64,000 nucleotides of DNA from an uncultured delta proteobacterium (GCA_963696725.1 CAVOLI010000007.1:275285-339284), one strand, 5' to 3'. Counted from the first letter of the stretch, positions 17,201 to 29,869 are shown. Numbers and translations: made by a program. The notes: a model not told the origin generated them from the sequence alone.

Positions 17201-20200
17201 ATGGAAAGAGTCAGAAAGCAATTTGCCAGCGTAGCAAGCATCCTGGAACCACCTCATCTGATTTCCATGCAGAGGAAATCATACGAAAGCTTTCTCCAGA
17301 TTGATCGTGAACCCGACAGTCGTGAAGATTTCGGGTTGCAGGCAATCCTTAAGGATATATTCCCGATTAACGATTTCAACGGTTTATGCTCCCTGGAGTT
17401 TGTTCGCTATAAATTTGGGGAACCAAAGTATACCGTTCAGGAGTGTCAGCAGCGGGGGATGACATACGATATTCCGCTTAAAATCGTCGTGCGGCTGATC
17501 ACCTTCGATGTCGATGAGGAGACTGGCGTGCAGTCTATTCGAGATATCAAGGAACAGGAGGTCTTCTTCGGTGCATTGCCGCTGATGACCGGGGATGGCG
17601 TTTTTGTCATCAACGGTACGGAGCGTGTCATTGTTTCCCAGCTCCAGCGTTCTCCCGGACTTTTTTATACACATGACCAGGGAAAGAGCCATGCCAGCGG
17701 CAAGCTGCTCTATTCAGCAAGAATAATTCCTGTTCGCGGCTCCTGGATTGATCTTGAATTTGATATCAAGGACATTCTCCATGTCAGAATTGACAGGAGA
17801 AGAAAGTTTCCGGTAACAACGCTGCTAAAAGCCCTCGGAAATAGTGCTGAAGAACTCCTTGCGGAGTTTTATCCGGTAAACCGCGTCAGAAAGGAGAAAA
17901 CCGGTTATTTTATTGATTTCAGCGAGAAGACCGCGCTTGGTCACCGGCTTGAATTTGACCTCATAAACCCAAAGGATGGTGAGGTGCTCGGCAAAAAGGG
18001 ACGGAAAATATCAAAAGCGCTGTGCCGCCGGATTGAAGAGGCGGAAATTGATTGGCTGCAGATTTCCGAAGAACAGCTTCTTGGCAAGGTTTTTGCCGAA
18101 GACATTGCTGATGCCGAGGCGGAGCAGCCGCTGGTAATGCACAACACTGATGTGAATGAGTCGATTCTGGAGACCCTTGACGGCGCCGGCATCAGTGAGT
18201 TTAAAGTGCTTGCCATTGACGGCGTCAACTATTCCGAGTCTTTCAGAAAGACCCTTGCTCTTGACAAGGTGGTCTCGACCGAGGAAGCGCTTCTTGAGAT
18301 CTATCGTCGACTTCGACCGTCTAGCCCGCCGACGATAGAGGTTGCAGAAGGTTTCTTTGAGAATCTGTTCTTCAATCCCGAGCTGTATGACCTCTCGGAG
18401 GTCGGCCGGTATAAAATCAATGCCAAGCTCAAGCTCGATATCGATATCAGCCAGCGTGCGCTTACCCGCGAGGACATCATCAAGGCAGTGAAATTCCTTG
18501 TGCGCCTGAAGGACAGCCAGGGTGCGGTAGATGATATTGATCACCTCGGCAACCGTCGGGTTCGCACGGTCGGCGAGCTGGTTGAGAACCAGTATCGCAT
18601 GGGACTTGTCCGCATGGAGCGGGCAATCAAGGAACGTATGACACTGCAGGATGTTGAAACCCTGATGCCGCATGACCTGGTTAATCCCAAGCCGATTTCG
18701 GCGGCCATCAAGGAATTTTTCGGGACAAGCCAGCTGTCTCAGTTCATGGACCAGACCAACCCGCTTTCCGAGGTAACTCATAAAAGGCGGCTCAGTGCAC
18801 TTGGACCTGGTGGTCTGTCACGTGAGCGCGCGGGTTTTGAGGTTCGTGACGTTCATCCGACTCACTATGGTCGAATCTGTCCCGTTGAAACTCCGGAAGG
18901 ACCAAATATCGGGCTCATTGTCTCACTGGCGACCTATGCCCGGATTAATCCTTACGGCTTTATAGAAACCCCGTACCGCAAGGTCAAGGACCGTATCGTC
19001 TACGATGACCAGATCGACTACCTCAGTGCGCTTCAGGAGCAGAACAACTTTATCGCTCCGGCGCTGGTGCCGCTTGACAAGGGTAATCGGCTCGTTCCGG
19101 ATTCGTTGATCGTTCGCGAGGATGGCGAGGTTATCACCTCAATTGCGGACAATGTCACCTACATGGACATTGCCCCGAATCAGCTGGTCAGCGTTGCGGC
19201 ATCACTGATTCCGTTCCTGGAAAATGATGATGCCAACCGCGCACTCATGGGCTCGAACATGCAGCGCCAGGCAGTACCGCTGATGATAACGGCAGCTCCT
19301 TTTGTCGGCACCGGCATGGAACGCTACGTCGCCAGGGATTCAGGCGCCTGCCTGCTGGCCGGCGGGGATGGAATCGTCGAGGAGGTTGATGCGAATCGTA
19401 TTGTCGTACGTTACGACCAGCCGGGTATCGACGGTCATGAAACCGGCGTTGCCGTATACAGGCTTGAAAAATACAAGAAATCCAACCAGAATACCTGTTT
19501 CAACCAAAAACCTCTGGTGAAGCCTGGCGTTCGGGTAACGGAAGGTATCGTTCTTGCCGACGGTTCTTCATGTGACAAGGGTGAGCTTGCACTCGGCAAG
19601 AATGTGACGATTGCCTTCATGCCATGGCGCGGGTTTAACTTCGAGGACTCAATCCTGGTAAACGAGCGGCTCTTGAAGGAAGATACCTTCACCTCCCTGC
19701 ACATAGAAGTTTTTGAGACTATGGCCCGTGACACTAAACTCGGAAAAGAGGAGATCACCAGGGACATCCCCAATGTCAGCGAGGATACCTTGAGGAATCT
19801 CGACGAGTCGGGCATCGTCAGGGTTGGTGCGGAGGTCGGAGCCGGTGACACCCTTGTTGGGAAAGTTACCCCGAAAGGCGAGACGGTGCTCTCTCCCGAG
19901 GAAAAACTGCTGCGGGCTATTTTCGGTGAAAAGGCGCAGGATGTCAAAGACTCTTCCCTTCGCGTCCCGCCCGGAGTCGAGGGGGTTGTCATTGATGCTA
20001 AGGTTTTTTCCCGCAAAGGTGTTGATAAGGATGAACGCTCCCTGATGATTGAAGACCTGGAAATTGAGCGGCTCAATCAGGATAAGCTTGATGAGATCGG
20101 AAGCCTGAAAAAAGGGGTTTGCCGCGAGGTTGGAAAGATCGTTGGCGGCCGCACGGTTAAGGAGGATGTGAAAGCCAAAGACGGGACCATCCTTGTCAAG

Positions 20201-21283
20201 CTCGGCAAGAAATTCAACGAGGAGATTTCAGCCGAGATCGGCTTCCATGACCTGCGCAAGCTCGATTTTTCCGAGCGCGCCAAATATCTTGATAAGATTG
20301 AAGCTATTTACGAACGATATGACCGACAGGCCCAGTTGATTATCGAGCGCTACGACGGTATCATCGATCGCTTGAAGAAAGGTGATGACCTGCCTCCGGG
20401 AGTAGTGAAAATGGTCAAGGTTTATGTCGCCACCAAGCGTAAATTGTCTGTCGGCGACAAGATGGCCGGACGTCATGGAAACAAGGGCGTGGTATCTTGC
20501 ATCCTGCCGGAGGAGGACATGCCTTATTTTGCCGATGGCGGAACCGTTGATATCGTTTTAAATCCGCTTGGCGTGCCCTCTCGTATGAATGTCGGCCAGG
20601 TGCTGGAAGTGCATCTTGGTTATGCCGCCAGACGACTTGGCGAGCAGATCGAAACCCTGGCACGGAATCACGCGGTAGACCTGATCAAGGGAAAACTTGC
20701 AAAGATCTACTCGAAATCCGAGTGCAGTTCGATCCTTAAAGGCAGGACGGATGAGCAGATCATCGACTGGGCCCGGGAGCACAGGGACGGCCTGCACATG
20801 TCCACCCCGGTGTTCGATGGTGCCCGCGAAGACCAGATCCGCAGCCTGCTTGTCGAAGCAGGCATGGATGAGGTCGGCCAGGCGCAGCTGTATGACGGTC
20901 TTACCGGAGAAGCTTTTTCCAACAAGGTAACGGTCGGAGTGATGTACATGCTGAAACTCCACCATCTTGTCGATAATAAAATTCATGCCAGATCCACCGG
21001 CCCTTATTCCCTTGTTACCCAGCAGCCGCTCGGCGGAAAAGCGCAGTTCGGCGGGCAGAGACTTGGCGAAATGGAAGTCTGGGCGATGGAAGCATATGGC
21101 GCCGCCTATACCCTGAAGGAATTCCTGACAGCCAAGTCGGATGATGTGGAAGGGCGTACCTCCATGTACGAGCGTATCGTAAAAGGTGATAATTTCCTGA
21201 CCACCGGACTGCCGGAATCTTTTCACGTTCTGGTGAAAGAGCTGCAGGGATTATGCCTGAACATGGAGCTGATTGAGGAATAA
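17201..21283 (+). CDS. rpoB: DNA-directed RNA polymerase beta subunit
   Basis: About 1360 aa with conserved beta-subunit blocks (GLQAILKDIFPI, SQLSQFMDQTNPLSEVTHKRRLSALGPGGL, NMQRQAVPL, GDKMAGRHGNKGVVS). ATG 17201 preferred over TTG 17189 (GAGGA upstream). Confidence 0.97.
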   Translation: MERVRKQFASVASILEPPHLISMQRKSYESFLQIDREPDSREDFGLQAILKDIFPINDFNGLCSLEFVRYKFGEPKYTVQECQQRGMTYDIPLKIVVRLITFDVDEETGVQSIRDIKEQEVFFGALPLMTGDGVFVINGTERVIVSQLQRSPGLFYTHDQGKSHASGKLLYSARIIPVRGSWIDLEFDIKDILHVRIDRRRKFPVTTLLKALGNSAEELLAEFYPVNRVRKEKTGYFIDFSEKTALGHRLEFDLINPKDGEVLGKKGRKISKALCRRIEEAEIDWLQISEEQLLGKVFAEDIADAEAEQPLVMHNTDVNESILETLDGAGISEFKVLAIDGVNYSESFRKTLALDKVVSTEEALLEIYRRLRPSSPPTIEVAEGFFENLFFNPELYDLSEVGRYKINAKLKLDIDISQRALTREDIIKAVKFLVRLKDSQGAVDDIDHLGNRRVRTVGELVENQYRMGLVRMERAIKERMTLQDVETLMPHDLVNPKPISAAIKEFFGTSQLSQFMDQTNPLSEVTHKRRLSALGPGGLSRERAGFEVRDVHPTHYGRICPVETPEGPNIGLIVSLATYARINPYGFIETPYRKVKDRIVYDDQIDYLSALQEQNNFIAPALVPLDKGNRLVPDSLIVREDGEVITSIADNVTYMDIAPNQLVSVAASLIPFLENDDANRALMGSNMQRQAVPLMITAAPFVGTGMERYVARDSGACLLAGGDGIVEEVDANRIVVRYDQPGIDGHETGVAVYRLEKYKKSNQNTCFNQKPLVKPGVRVTEGIVLADGSSCDKGELALGKNVTIAFMPWRGFNFEDSILVNERLLKEDTFTSLHIEVFETMARDTKLGKEEITRDIPNVSEDTLRNLDESGIVRVGAEVGAGDTLVGKVTPKGETVLSPEEKLLRAIFGEKAQDVKDSSLRVPPGVEGVVIDAKVFSRKGVDKDERSLMIEDLEIERLNQDKLDEIGSLKKGVCREVGKIVGGRTVKEDVKAKDGTILVKLGKKFNEEISAEIGFHDLRKLDFSERAKYLDKIEAIYERYDRQAQLIIERYDGIIDRLKKGDDLPPGVVKMVKVYVATKRKLSVGDKMAGRHGNKGVVSCILPEEDMPYFADGGTVDIVLNPLGVPSRMNVGQVLEVHLGYAARRLGEQIETLARNHAVDLIKGKLAKIYSKSECSSILKGRTDEQIIDWAREHRDGLHMSTPVFDGAREDQIRSLLVEAGMDEVGQAQLYDGLTGEAFSNKVTVGVMYMLKLHHLVDNKIHARSTGPYSLVTQQPLGGKAQFGGQRLGEMEVWAMEAYGAAYTLKEFLTAKSDDVEGRTSMYERIVKGDNFLTTGLPESFHVLVKELQGLCLNMELIEE

Positions 21284-21390
21284 GAAACTCCAGACACGGC
21301 AGTCTGCGTGTTGATGAGCTATTAAAATATCTCTTCAAAACCCGGCACTATAAAACCGGGTAACCAACAACTTGAAGGAGAGGTGATTAC

Positions 21391-24300
21391 GTGGAAGAGT
21401 TATTCAATTTTTTTCAAAAACCGAAGACTCCTACCAGATTCAAAGCGGTAAAAATTTCTTTGGCATCGCCTGAAAAGATCATGGACTGGTCCCATGGCGA
21501 GGTGAAAAAGCCTGAGACGATAAACTACAGGACCTTTAAGCCGGAACGGGATGGGCTTTTCTGTGCGAAAATTTTTGGTCCGGTCAAAGATTTCGAGTGC
21601 AACTGCGGCAAATACAAACGCATGAAACACCGTGGTGTCGTCTGTGAGAAGTGCGGTGTCGAGGTCATCCAGTCAAAGGTTCGCCGTGAGCGGCTCGGGC
21701 ATATAAAACTTGCTGCCCCGGTTGCCCATATCTGGTTTCTGAAAAGCCTGCCCAGCAAGATCGGTGCTGTGCTTGACATGACCTTGAAGCAGTTGGAAAA
21801 AATTCTCTATTTTGAGCAGTATGCGGTTGTTGAATCCGAGGTTGATGAGATCCCGCGTGCTTCGCTGCTCAGTGAGGAAAAATACCGCCAGGCACGAGAA
21901 GATTATCCCAATCAGTTCAAAGTAGGAATAGGAGCCGAGGCCATCCGTGAACTGCTTGGTGGCCAGGACCTTGCTGAGCTGTCAAAGGAACTCAGGGCGG
22001 AGATGCTCACAACCGGCTCCCAGACAAAACGGCAGAAACTCGGCAAAAGGCTCCATGTAATCGAAGCATTTCTTGATTCGGGAAACAAACCCGAATGGAT
22101 GGTGCTGGAAGTTATCCCCGTGCTGCCGCCGGATCTGCGACCGCTTGTTCCACTGGAAGGGGGCCGCTTTGCAACCTCAGACCTCAATGATCTCTATCGC
22201 CGCGTTATCAACCGCAATAACCGCTTAAAACGGCTTCTTGAGCTTGACGCGCCCGATATCATCATCCGAAACGAGAAGCGCATGCTTCAGGAGGCTGTCG
22301 ACGTCCTGTTTGACAACGGTCGGCGCGGCAGGGTTATCACCGGTGCAAACAAACGGCCGCTCAAGTCCCTTGCCGATATGTTGAAAGGAAAGCAGGGGCG
22401 TTTTCGCCAGAACCTGCTCGGCAAGCGTGTCGATTATTCCGGCCGTTCAGTCATTGTTGTCGGGCCGAATCTGCGCCTTCATCAATGCGGAATTCCTAAA
22501 AAGATGGCACTCGAACTGTTCAAGCCGTTCATCTATAACAAGCTCGAGCGCCGTGGTTTTGTAACGACCATCAAGAGTGCCAGGAAAATGGTCGAAAAAG
22601 GGGTCAAGGAAGTCTGGGATGTTCTTGAAGAGGTGGTAACCGAATATCCGGTTATTCTCAACCGGGCTCCGACGCTTCATCGCCTCGGCATGCAGGCGTT
22701 CGAAGCGGTGCTGATAGAGGGCAAGGCCATTCAGCTGCACCCGCTTGTCTGTGCGGCTTTTAATGCTGACTTTGACGGCGATCAGATGGCGGTTCATGTG
22801 CCGTTGTCGGTTGAGGCACAGGTGGAAGCACGAGTGCTGATGATGTCCACCAACAATATCCTCTCCCCTGCCAATGGAGAGCCGATAATCATTCCATCAC
22901 AGGATATCGTCCTTGGTCTCTACTATATGACCCGTGAGCGTATTAACGTTACGGGAGAAGGGCACGCCTTTTCCGGTGTTGACGAAGCGCGAATTGCGTA
23001 TGACCATGGTGCAGTGGATCTGCAGGCGAAAATCAAAGTTCGCATGGGCGGGGCCCTGGTGGAAACGACCATGGGAAGAGTGATCCTTGGAGATCTGCTG
23101 CCGAAATCAATACCGTTTGCTGAAGTAAACAAGGTGATGAGCAAGAAAGCGCTCGCCAAGCTGATCGATTACACCTACCGGCATGCCGGTACAAAAGATA
23201 CGGTAATTCTGGCAGACCGCCTGAAAGATACCGGCTACGAGTATGCAACGCGGGCTGGAATTTCAATCTGCATCAACGACATGAAAATTCCGCTTTCCAA
23301 GGAAGATTTCGTCGAAAAGGCCGAGAAAGAGGTTTTTGACGTTGAGCAACAGTACTCTGACGGCTTGATAACTTCAGGTGAAAAATACAATAAGATCGTT
23401 GATATCTGGTCCAAGGTTACCGAGGATGTCGCCAATGAAATGATGGACGAGATCAAGGTGGATTACGTCCGTGACAAGGATAACAAGCTTATTGAGTCCC
23501 CCAGCTTCAACTCGATCTTCATCATGGCGGATTCTGGGGCCAGGGGCTCTCGCGACCAGATCAGGCAGCTCGCCGGAATGCGCGGGTTGATGGCCAAACC
23601 GTCCGGTGAGATTATTGAAACGCCGATCAAGGCTAATTTCCGTGAGGGCCTCGGTGTGCTGGAATATTTCATTTCGACCCACGGCGCCCGAAAAGGTCTT
23701 GCCGATACGGCCCTGAAGACAGCTAACTCAGGTTATCTGACCCGGCGCCTGGTTGACGTGGCCCAAGAGTCGACCATCATTGAAACCGATTGCCGGACAA
23801 TTGATGGTATTGTTGCCGAGCCGCTTATTGACGGTGGTGAGATCATCGTTCCGATCGGAGACAGGATCCTGGGGCGGGTTGCCCTTGGTGATGTCAAGGA
23901 CCCATTCAGTGATGAATTGATTGTCAAGGCAGGCAAGGAGATTACTGAAACAACTGTTGAGAAAATCGAAGCAGCGGGCATTGACCGGGTCATGATTCGC
24001 TCAGTACTCACCTGCCGTTCAAAACGAGGCGTCTGTGCCTCCTGCTACGGTCGTGATCTTGGCCGTGGGCATATGGTGAATATCGGAGAGGCTATCGGGG
24101 TTATCGCTGCACAGTCCATTGGTGAACCGGGAACCCAGCTGACCATGCGTACCTTCCATATCGGCGGTACCGCAAGCAGGTCTGTAGAACAGGCTGAACT
24201 CGTCTCTCAGCGCGGTGGAACAGTCGGTTTTAAAAACCTGCACTTTGTTGAAAACGCAGAGGGGGTCAAGATTGTCATGAACCGTAACGCCGAGATCGTT

Positions 24301-25449
24301 GTTCAGGATGAGCTTGGCCGCGAACGTGAACGATTCAAAGTCAACTATGGCGCCCAGATCATGGTCCAGCCGGGAAGTGAGGTGCCGCCAGGTACGACTC
24401 TGGCCGACTGGGATGCCTACACCATACCGATTGTCGCTGAAGTGGGCGGTATCATCAAGTACGGGGATATTCTTGAAGGCATTACCATGCAGGAAAAAGT
24501 TGATGTCGTTACCGGAAAATCATCCAAGGTTATCGTCCATTCCGCCGGAGGTGCCCAGCTAAACCCGCGCGTGTCGGTAAAAGATGAGGGCGGCAGAAAA
24601 ACATTGAAACTGCCCGATTCAGACATTGCTGCCCGTTATTCGCTGCCGGTCGGCTCCATTATCTCCGTGGAGGAAGGCGCATTAATCAAGCCGGGGACTA
24701 TCGTCGGAAAGATTCCAAGGGAAACCTCAAAGACCAAAGATATTACCGGTGGACTGCCCCGTGTTGCGGAACTCTTTGAAGTCAGAAAACCCAAGGAGCC
24801 GGCAATAATTTCCGAGATTGACGGGCGCGTCAGTTTCGGAAAGGAACTGAAGGGCAAGCGAAGGGTAGTCGTTACTCCCGAGTATGGCGACCCGCAGGAA
24901 TACCTGGTGCCGAAGTCAAAACATATCATCGTCCATGATGGCGATTATGTTCAGGCCGGGGAGCGCTTGATGGAGGGAACGATCGTCCCCAATGACATTC
25001 TCAGGGTACTCGGAGTTAAGGAACTGGCAAAGTTTCTGGTGAATGAAATTCAGGAAGTTTATCGTCTGCAGGGCGTAAAAATCAATGATAAGCACATTGA
25101 AGTCATTGTCCGTCAGATGATGCGCCGGGTAATGATAACCGTGGCCGGAGATTCGAAATTCATGATCGGCGAACAGATCGAATGGTGGTCTTTCGAAGAT
25201 GAACGTGACCGCCTGTTTGCAGAAGGCAAGCAGCCGCCGGTTGCAGAACCTCTGCTTCTCGGGGTTACCAAGGCGTCCCTGTCCACGGAAAGCTTTATTT
25301 CCGCGGCATCCTTCCAGGAGACCACCAAGGTTCTGACGAATGCGGCCATGGCAGGCAAAATAGACGAACTTGCCGGTCTCAAGGAGAACGTTATTATGGG
25401 TCGACTGATCTCTGCGGGCACAGGCATTAAGGGAAATTCGGTTCACTAA
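21391..25449 (+). CDS. rpoC: DNA-directed RNA polymerase beta' subunit
   Basis: GTG start after GAAGGAGAGG. Zn-finger [20 protein letters not shown] and catalytic NADFDGDQM present. 1352 aa. Confidence 0.97.
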   Translation: MEELFNFFQKPKTPTRFKAVKISLASPEKIMDWSHGEVKKPETINYRTFKPERDGLFCAKIFGPVKDFECNCGKYKRMKHRGVVCEKCGVEVIQSKVRRERLGHIKLAAPVAHIWFLKSLPSKIGAVLDMTLKQLEKILYFEQYAVVESEVDEIPRASLLSEEKYRQAREDYPNQFKVGIGAEAIRELLGGQDLAELSKELRAEMLTTGSQTKRQKLGKRLHVIEAFLDSGNKPEWMVLEVIPVLPPDLRPLVPLEGGRFATSDLNDLYRRVINRNNRLKRLLELDAPDIIIRNEKRMLQEAVDVLFDNGRRGRVITGANKRPLKSLADMLKGKQGRFRQNLLGKRVDYSGRSVIVVGPNLRLHQCGIPKKMALELFKPFIYNKLERRGFVTTIKSARKMVEKGVKEVWDVLEEVVTEYPVILNRAPTLHRLGMQAFEAVLIEGKAIQLHPLVCAAFNADFDGDQMAVHVPLSVEAQVEARVLMMSTNNILSPANGEPIIIPSQDIVLGLYYMTRERINVTGEGHAFSGVDEARIAYDHGAVDLQAKIKVRMGGALVETTMGRVILGDLLPKSIPFAEVNKVMSKKALAKLIDYTYRHAGTKDTVILADRLKDTGYEYATRAGISICINDMKIPLSKEDFVEKAEKEVFDVEQQYSDGLITSGEKYNKIVDIWSKVTEDVANEMMDEIKVDYVRDKDNKLIESPSFNSIFIMADSGARGSRDQIRQLAGMRGLMAKPSGEIIETPIKANFREGLGVLEYFISTHGARKGLADTALKTANSGYLTRRLVDVAQESTIIETDCRTIDGIVAEPLIDGGEIIVPIGDRILGRVALGDVKDPFSDELIVKAGKEITETTVEKIEAAGIDRVMIRSVLTCRSKRGVCASCYGRDLGRGHMVNIGEAIGVIAAQSIGEPGTQLTMRTFHIGGTASRSVEQAELVSQRGGTVGFKNLHFVENAEGVKIVMNRNAEIVVQDELGRERERFKVNYGAQIMVQPGSEVPPGTTLADWDAYTIPIVAEVGGIIKYGDILEGITMQEKVDVVTGKSSKVIVHSAGGAQLNPRVSVKDEGGRKTLKLPDSDIAARYSLPVGSIISVEEGALIKPGTIVGKIPRETSKTKDITGGLPRVAELFEVRKPKEPAIISEIDGRVSFGKELKGKRRVVVTPEYGDPQEYLVPKSKHIIVHDGDYVQAGERLMEGTIVPNDILRVLGVKELAKFLVNEIQEVYRLQGVKINDKHIEVIVRQMMRRVMITVAGDSKFMIGEQIEWWSFEDERDRLFAEGKQPPVAEPLLLGVTKASLSTESFISAASFQETTKVLTNAAMAGKIDELAGLKENVIMGRLISAGTGIKGNSVH

Positions 25450-25531
25450 GAGGCCGCTGACAGCGGTGCACTGCAATGGCTGCATCGAAGTGTTCGAGGT
25501 ACAATAAAAAACATCACTGATGCTTTTAATC

Positions 25532-25560
25532 TTGACACTCAAATAACAGTGATGTAAATA
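25532..25560 (+). promoter_or_regulatory. sigma70-type promoter for the str operon (TTGACA-17-TAAATA)
   Basis: TTGACA at 25532-25537, a 17-nt spacer, TAAATA at 25555-25560. It lies about 90 nt upstream of rpsL. Confidence 0.45.
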
Positions 25561-25649
25561 TGTCTTTTTCCGCCGTAGCACACTTGGCTTTTTTTATACT
25601 GTTTCGGCGTGATTACAAGAAGATTAACAGAACAGGAGAAGTCTAGGTA

Positions 25650-26021
25650 ATGCCAACGATTAACCAGCTGGTTCGCCAGGGCAGGAAAAAAATAGTCAAA
25701 AAGACAAATACACCAGCCTTGAAAGGCTCGCCCCAGAAACGGGGTGTCTGTGTAAGGGTTTATACTACGACTCCGAAAAAACCGAACTCAGCGTTGAGGA
25801 AGGTGGCAAGGGTCAGGTTGACGAACGGTATTGAAGTTACTTCATATATTCCAGGTATTGGGCATAATCTGCAGGAGCACTCGGTCGTAATGATACGTGG
25901 CGGAAGGGTGAAGGACCTTCCGGGTGTTCGATACCACATTATTCGTGGAACGCTTGACACGCTTGGTGTTTCAGATCGACGTCAGGGTCGCTCGAAGTAC
26001 GGCGCGAAGAAACCGTCCTGA
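25650..26021 (+). CDS. rpsL: 30S ribosomal protein S12
   Basis: [14 protein letters not shown]...[16 protein letters not shown] is the canonical S12 sequence. Confidence 0.98.
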   Translation: MPTINQLVRQGRKKIVKKTNTPALKGSPQKRGVCVRVYTTTPKKPNSALRKVARVRLTNGIEVTSYIPGIGHNLQEHSVVMIRGGRVKDLPGVRYHIIRGTLDTLGVSDRRQGRSKYGAKKPS

Positions 26022-26048
26022 TAATGGCTCATACGGGAGAGAAAAGAA

Positions 26049-26522
26049 ATGTCACGTAGAAAAGCAGCAGAGAAACGACCGACTGAGCCGGATGCTCGCT
26101 TCCAGAGTGTGCTTGTTTCCAAGTTTACCAATGGCCTGATGGAGCGGGGCAAGAAAAGTGTTGCCAGGCGGATTTTTTATGATGCAATGGATATCATCGC
26201 CGCCAAGCTGCCGGAAGAAGAGCCGCTGATTGTATTTGAAGAGGCGATGGATAAAGTTCGCCCGCGTGTAGAGGTTAAATCAAGACGCGTCGGCGGTGCG
26301 ACATACCAGGTGCCGATGGAAGTTCGCCAGACGCGCAGAAACGCGCTGGCTATCAGGTGGATCATCGGTTTTGCCCAGAGTCGTTCGGGCAGGTCGATGT
26401 CTGAAAAGCTGGCAGCGGAACTGCTCGATGCTTACAACGAGCGCGGAGCTGCCGTCAAGAAGCGTGACGACACTCATCGTATGGCAGAGGCTAACAAGGC
26501 GTTTGCGCACTATCGCTGGTAA
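26049..26522 (+). CDS. rpsG: 30S ribosomal protein S7
   Basis: [10 protein letters not shown]..., [20 protein letters not shown]-terminal KAFAHYRW. Confidence 0.97.
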   Translation: MSRRKAAEKRPTEPDARFQSVLVSKFTNGLMERGKKSVARRIFYDAMDIIAAKLPEEEPLIVFEEAMDKVRPRVEVKSRRVGGATYQVPMEVRQTRRNALAIRWIIGFAQSRSGRSMSEKLAAELLDAYNERGAAVKKRDDTHRMAEANKAFAHYRW

Positions 26523-26585
26523 GGGGTACGCCTTTTTATCGAACGGGAGCTGAGGTCAGCACAAAAGAGCGATTGAGGTCTGTTG

Positions 26586-28661
26586 ATGTCAGCCCAGAAT
26601 GAGTTAGCCCATGTGCGCAATATAGGCATCATGGCCCATATTGACGCCGGAAAGACGACAACAACGGAGCGGATACTCTATTATACGGGCCGCTCTTACA
26701 AGATGGGTGAGGTTCATGACGGAAATGCCGTTATGGACTGGATGGAACAGGAACAGGAGCGGGGTATAACCATCACCTCGGCGGCTACAACCTGTACCTG
26801 GAAGGACCATAAGATAAATATAATCGACACTCCCGGGCATGTCGATTTCACTGTCGAGGTGGAACGGTGCCTGAGGGTGCTGGATGGCGTTATCGCTGTC
26901 TTCTGTGCGGTGGGTGGGGTCGAGCCCCAGTCGGAAACTGTCTGGAGGCAGGCTGACCGGTATTCCATCCCGCGACTGGCTTTCATCAACAAGATGGATC
27001 GGGTGGGAGCTGATTTCAGTCGTGTCGTTCGGATGATTGAGAAGCGGCTTGGAGCGAACCCGCTGGTTCTGCAGTTGCCCGTTGGACGCGAAACAGGATT
27101 TACCGGGGTCATTGACCTCGTAGAAGAGGAGATGCTCAGTTTTGATGAGCAGTCTCTTGGACAGGAAGTCGTGAGGTCACCGATTCCTGAAGAACACAAA
27201 AAAGAGTTCACGGCCGCACGAATGGCAATCCTCGAGAAGTTGGCCGACTTCGATGAGGCTGTCATGGAAAAATATCTTGATGACAGACCGGTTTCGGTTG
27301 AAGAGATTTATCGTGCTCTGAGAAAGGCTACTCTGGCGCTGGAAATTGTTCCGGTCCTTTGTGGCAGTGCCTTTAAGAATAAAGGCGTACAGCCGCTGCT
27401 CGACAGTGTTATCCGCTTTCTGCCCTCTCCGGTTGACATACCGATGGTTGAGGCAATGGATAAGGATAGCGGGCGGCTTGAGCTGAAGACCGGACCGAAA
27501 GAGCGCTTCTGCGGCCTGGTGTTTAAGCTGATGAGTGACTCGTTTGTTGAAAACCTCGCTTTTATCAGGGTGTACTCAGGGGTGCTGAAGCTCGGAGATA
27601 AGATCTTTAATCCGGTAAAACGGAAAAAAGAGAAAATCTCAAAACTCCTGAAACTTCACGCCAACAAACGTGAGGAAGTGCGGGAGATAAGGGCAGGCGA
27701 TATCGGCGCAATTGTCGGACTGAAGTTTACGACCACCGGCGATACCCTGTGCGAGAGCGGTGATTTTGTTGTTCTTGAAAGCATGGACTTTCCTGAACCG
27801 GTGATAGGAATCGCTATTGAGCCGAAAAGTAAGGCTGAAGAAAAAAAGCTCAACGAAACGCTCGCAAAGATTGCCATTGAGGACCCGTCCTTCACGATAG
27901 CCACAAACGAAGATACGGGACAGACAATTATTTCGGGTATGGGCGAACTTCACCTGGAGATAATTGTGGACCGGTTGCTGAACGATTTTAAAGTTTCGGC
28001 CAAGGTCGGTAAACCCCAGGTTGCGTACAAGGAAACGATCACCTGCGCAACTGAAGGTGAGGGAAGGTTTGAGCAGCAGACCGGCACCCGTCAGTACGGG
28101 CATGTCGTCCTCCGCATAGAACCTCTTGAACGCGGTGCCGGCTTCGTGTTCAGCAATGAGATTGACGAGACGACGATACCACTGGTATTTCTCGCGGCGA
28201 TCGAAAAAGGCATCAGGGACACGCTGGATTCAGGACCGCTGGTGGGCTATCCGCTCACCGACATAAAGGTTCGTCTGATCGGTGGCTCCTGTGATGATGA
28301 GGACTCGACTGAAATGGCCTTTGGTGTCTCGGCCTCTATGGCTGTCAGGAAAACGGCACCAGAAGCTCAGCCGGTGCTGCTTGAGCCGATAATGGATCTT
28401 GAGGTTGTGACTCCTGAAGAATACGTCGGGGATGCAATTGCAGATCTGAACAGCAAGAGGGCGAAGATCACCGGAGTAGAGGCTGAAAAGGATATCCAGG
28501 TAATCCGTGCACATGTGCCGCTTGCAGAAATGTTCGGTTATTCTACCTCCCTGAGGTCTGCGACACAGGGCCGGGCTCATTTCAGCATGCAGTTTTTAAA
28601 TTACGATGTTGTACCCAGAGTAAAAGCAGAAACGATAGTTAAAAAAATAAGAGGGATTTAG
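26586..28661 (+). CDS. fusA: elongation factor G
   Basis: [39 protein letters not shown]. About 691 aa. ATG 26586 preferred over the adjacent TTG 26583. Confidence 0.97.
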   Translation: MSAQNELAHVRNIGIMAHIDAGKTTTTERILYYTGRSYKMGEVHDGNAVMDWMEQEQERGITITSAATTCTWKDHKINIIDTPGHVDFTVEVERCLRVLDGVIAVFCAVGGVEPQSETVWRQADRYSIPRLAFINKMDRVGADFSRVVRMIEKRLGANPLVLQLPVGRETGFTGVIDLVEEEMLSFDEQSLGQEVVRSPIPEEHKKEFTAARMAILEKLADFDEAVMEKYLDDRPVSVEEIYRALRKATLALEIVPVLCGSAFKNKGVQPLLDSVIRFLPSPVDIPMVEAMDKDSGRLELKTGPKERFCGLVFKLMSDSFVENLAFIRVYSGVLKLGDKIFNPVKRKKEKISKLLKLHANKREEVREIRAGDIGAIVGLKFTTTGDTLCESGDFVVLESMDFPEPVIGIAIEPKSKAEEKKLNETLAKIAIEDPSFTIATNEDTGQTIISGMGELHLEIIVDRLLNDFKVSAKVGKPQVAYKETITCATEGEGRFEQQTGTRQYGHVVLRIEPLERGAGFVFSNEIDETTIPLVFLAAIEKGIRDTLDSGPLVGYPLTDIKVRLIGGSCDDEDSTEMAFGVSASMAVRKTAPEAQPVLLEPIMDLEVVTPEEYVGDAIADLNSKRAKITGVEAEKDIQVIRAHVPLAEMFGYSTSLRSATQGRAHFSMQFLNYDVVPRVKAETIVKKIRGI

Positions 28662-28681
28662 ATCCGGAAATATTGAGGAAA

Positions 28682-29869
28682 GAAGATGTCAAAGGTGAAA
28701 TTTGAAAGGACGAAGCCGCACGTCAATGTTGGAACAATCGGACATATCGATCACGGCAAGACGACATTAACGGCAGCGATTACACGGGTATTGTCACTAA
28801 AGGGTCAGGCCAAATTCACTGATTTCAGTGAAATTGACAAAGCGCCTGAAGAAAAAGAGCGTGGAATCACGATTGCGACTGCTCACGTAGAATACGAGAC
28901 AGTCAATCGTCATTATGCCCACGTCGATTGCCCCGGTCATGCAGACTATATCAAGAACATGATCACCGGTGCAGCCCAGATGGATGGTGCGATCCTGGTG
29001 GTTGCCGCAACAGACGGTGCAATGCCCCAGACCCGGGAGCATATCCTTCTTGCGCGTCAGGTGGGCGTCCCGGCGATGGTCGTTTTTCTGAACAAGTGCG
29101 ACATGGTTGACGACGACGAACTGATCGAACTGGTCGACATGGAGCTTCGCGAGCTGCTTGACAAGTATGAGTTTCCCGGAGACGATATCCCGTTTGTCCA
29201 GGGGTCCGCACTTCATGCCCTTGAGAATCCCGAAGACGAGGACAAGGCCAAGTGCATCTGGGAGCTGATGGACGCGATCGACAACTATATCCCCGAACCA
29301 AAACGGGAGGTTGATCTGCCGTTTTTGATGCCTGTCGAGGATGTGTTCTCGATATCAGGGCGTGGAACGGTAGCGACCGGTCGAATCGAGCGTGGTGTGA
29401 TCCATGTTGGCAACGAGGTTGAGATCGTTGGGATTCGGAAGACCCAGAAGACGGTAGTTACCGGTGTTGAGATGTTCCGTAAACTCCTTGACCAGGGTCA
29501 GGCCGGCGACAACGTCGGTGTTTTGCTCCGTGGCACCAAGCGAGATGAGGTTGAACGAGGTCAGGTTCTGGCAGCGGCGGGTTCAATCACGCCGCACACG
29601 AAGTTCAAGGCCGAGTGTTATATTTTGAGCAAGGATGAGGGTGGTCGTCATACGCCGTTTTTCAATGGCTACCGTCCACAGTTCTATTTCCGCACCACCG
29701 ATGTTACCGGCGTGGTAACGTTGGCAGATGGAGTGGAGATGGTAATGCCCGGCGACAATATTTCAATAGATGCCGAGCTGATCACGCCGATCGCGATGGA
29801 TGTCGGTCTTCGCTTTGCAATACGCGAAGGCGGCCGTACCGTCGGTGCCGGGGTTATCAGTGAAATCGT
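28682..29869 (+). repeat. 1188-bp direct repeat, copy B (tuf duplication)
   Basis: See copy A (11921..13108). Identity breaks 5 nt upstream of the ATG and at the third base of the Val codon preceding the final residue (13109/29870), so only the final residue differs. Confidence 0.9.

Noticed and set aside
11921-29869. The identical tuf copies as an assembly duplication artefact.
   Set aside because: Both copies sit in the two canonical, different contexts (tRNA-tuf-rpmG-secE and fusA-tuf-rpsJ) with unique flanks. They differ at two internal sites and at the final codon. This looks like a genuine paralog pair.
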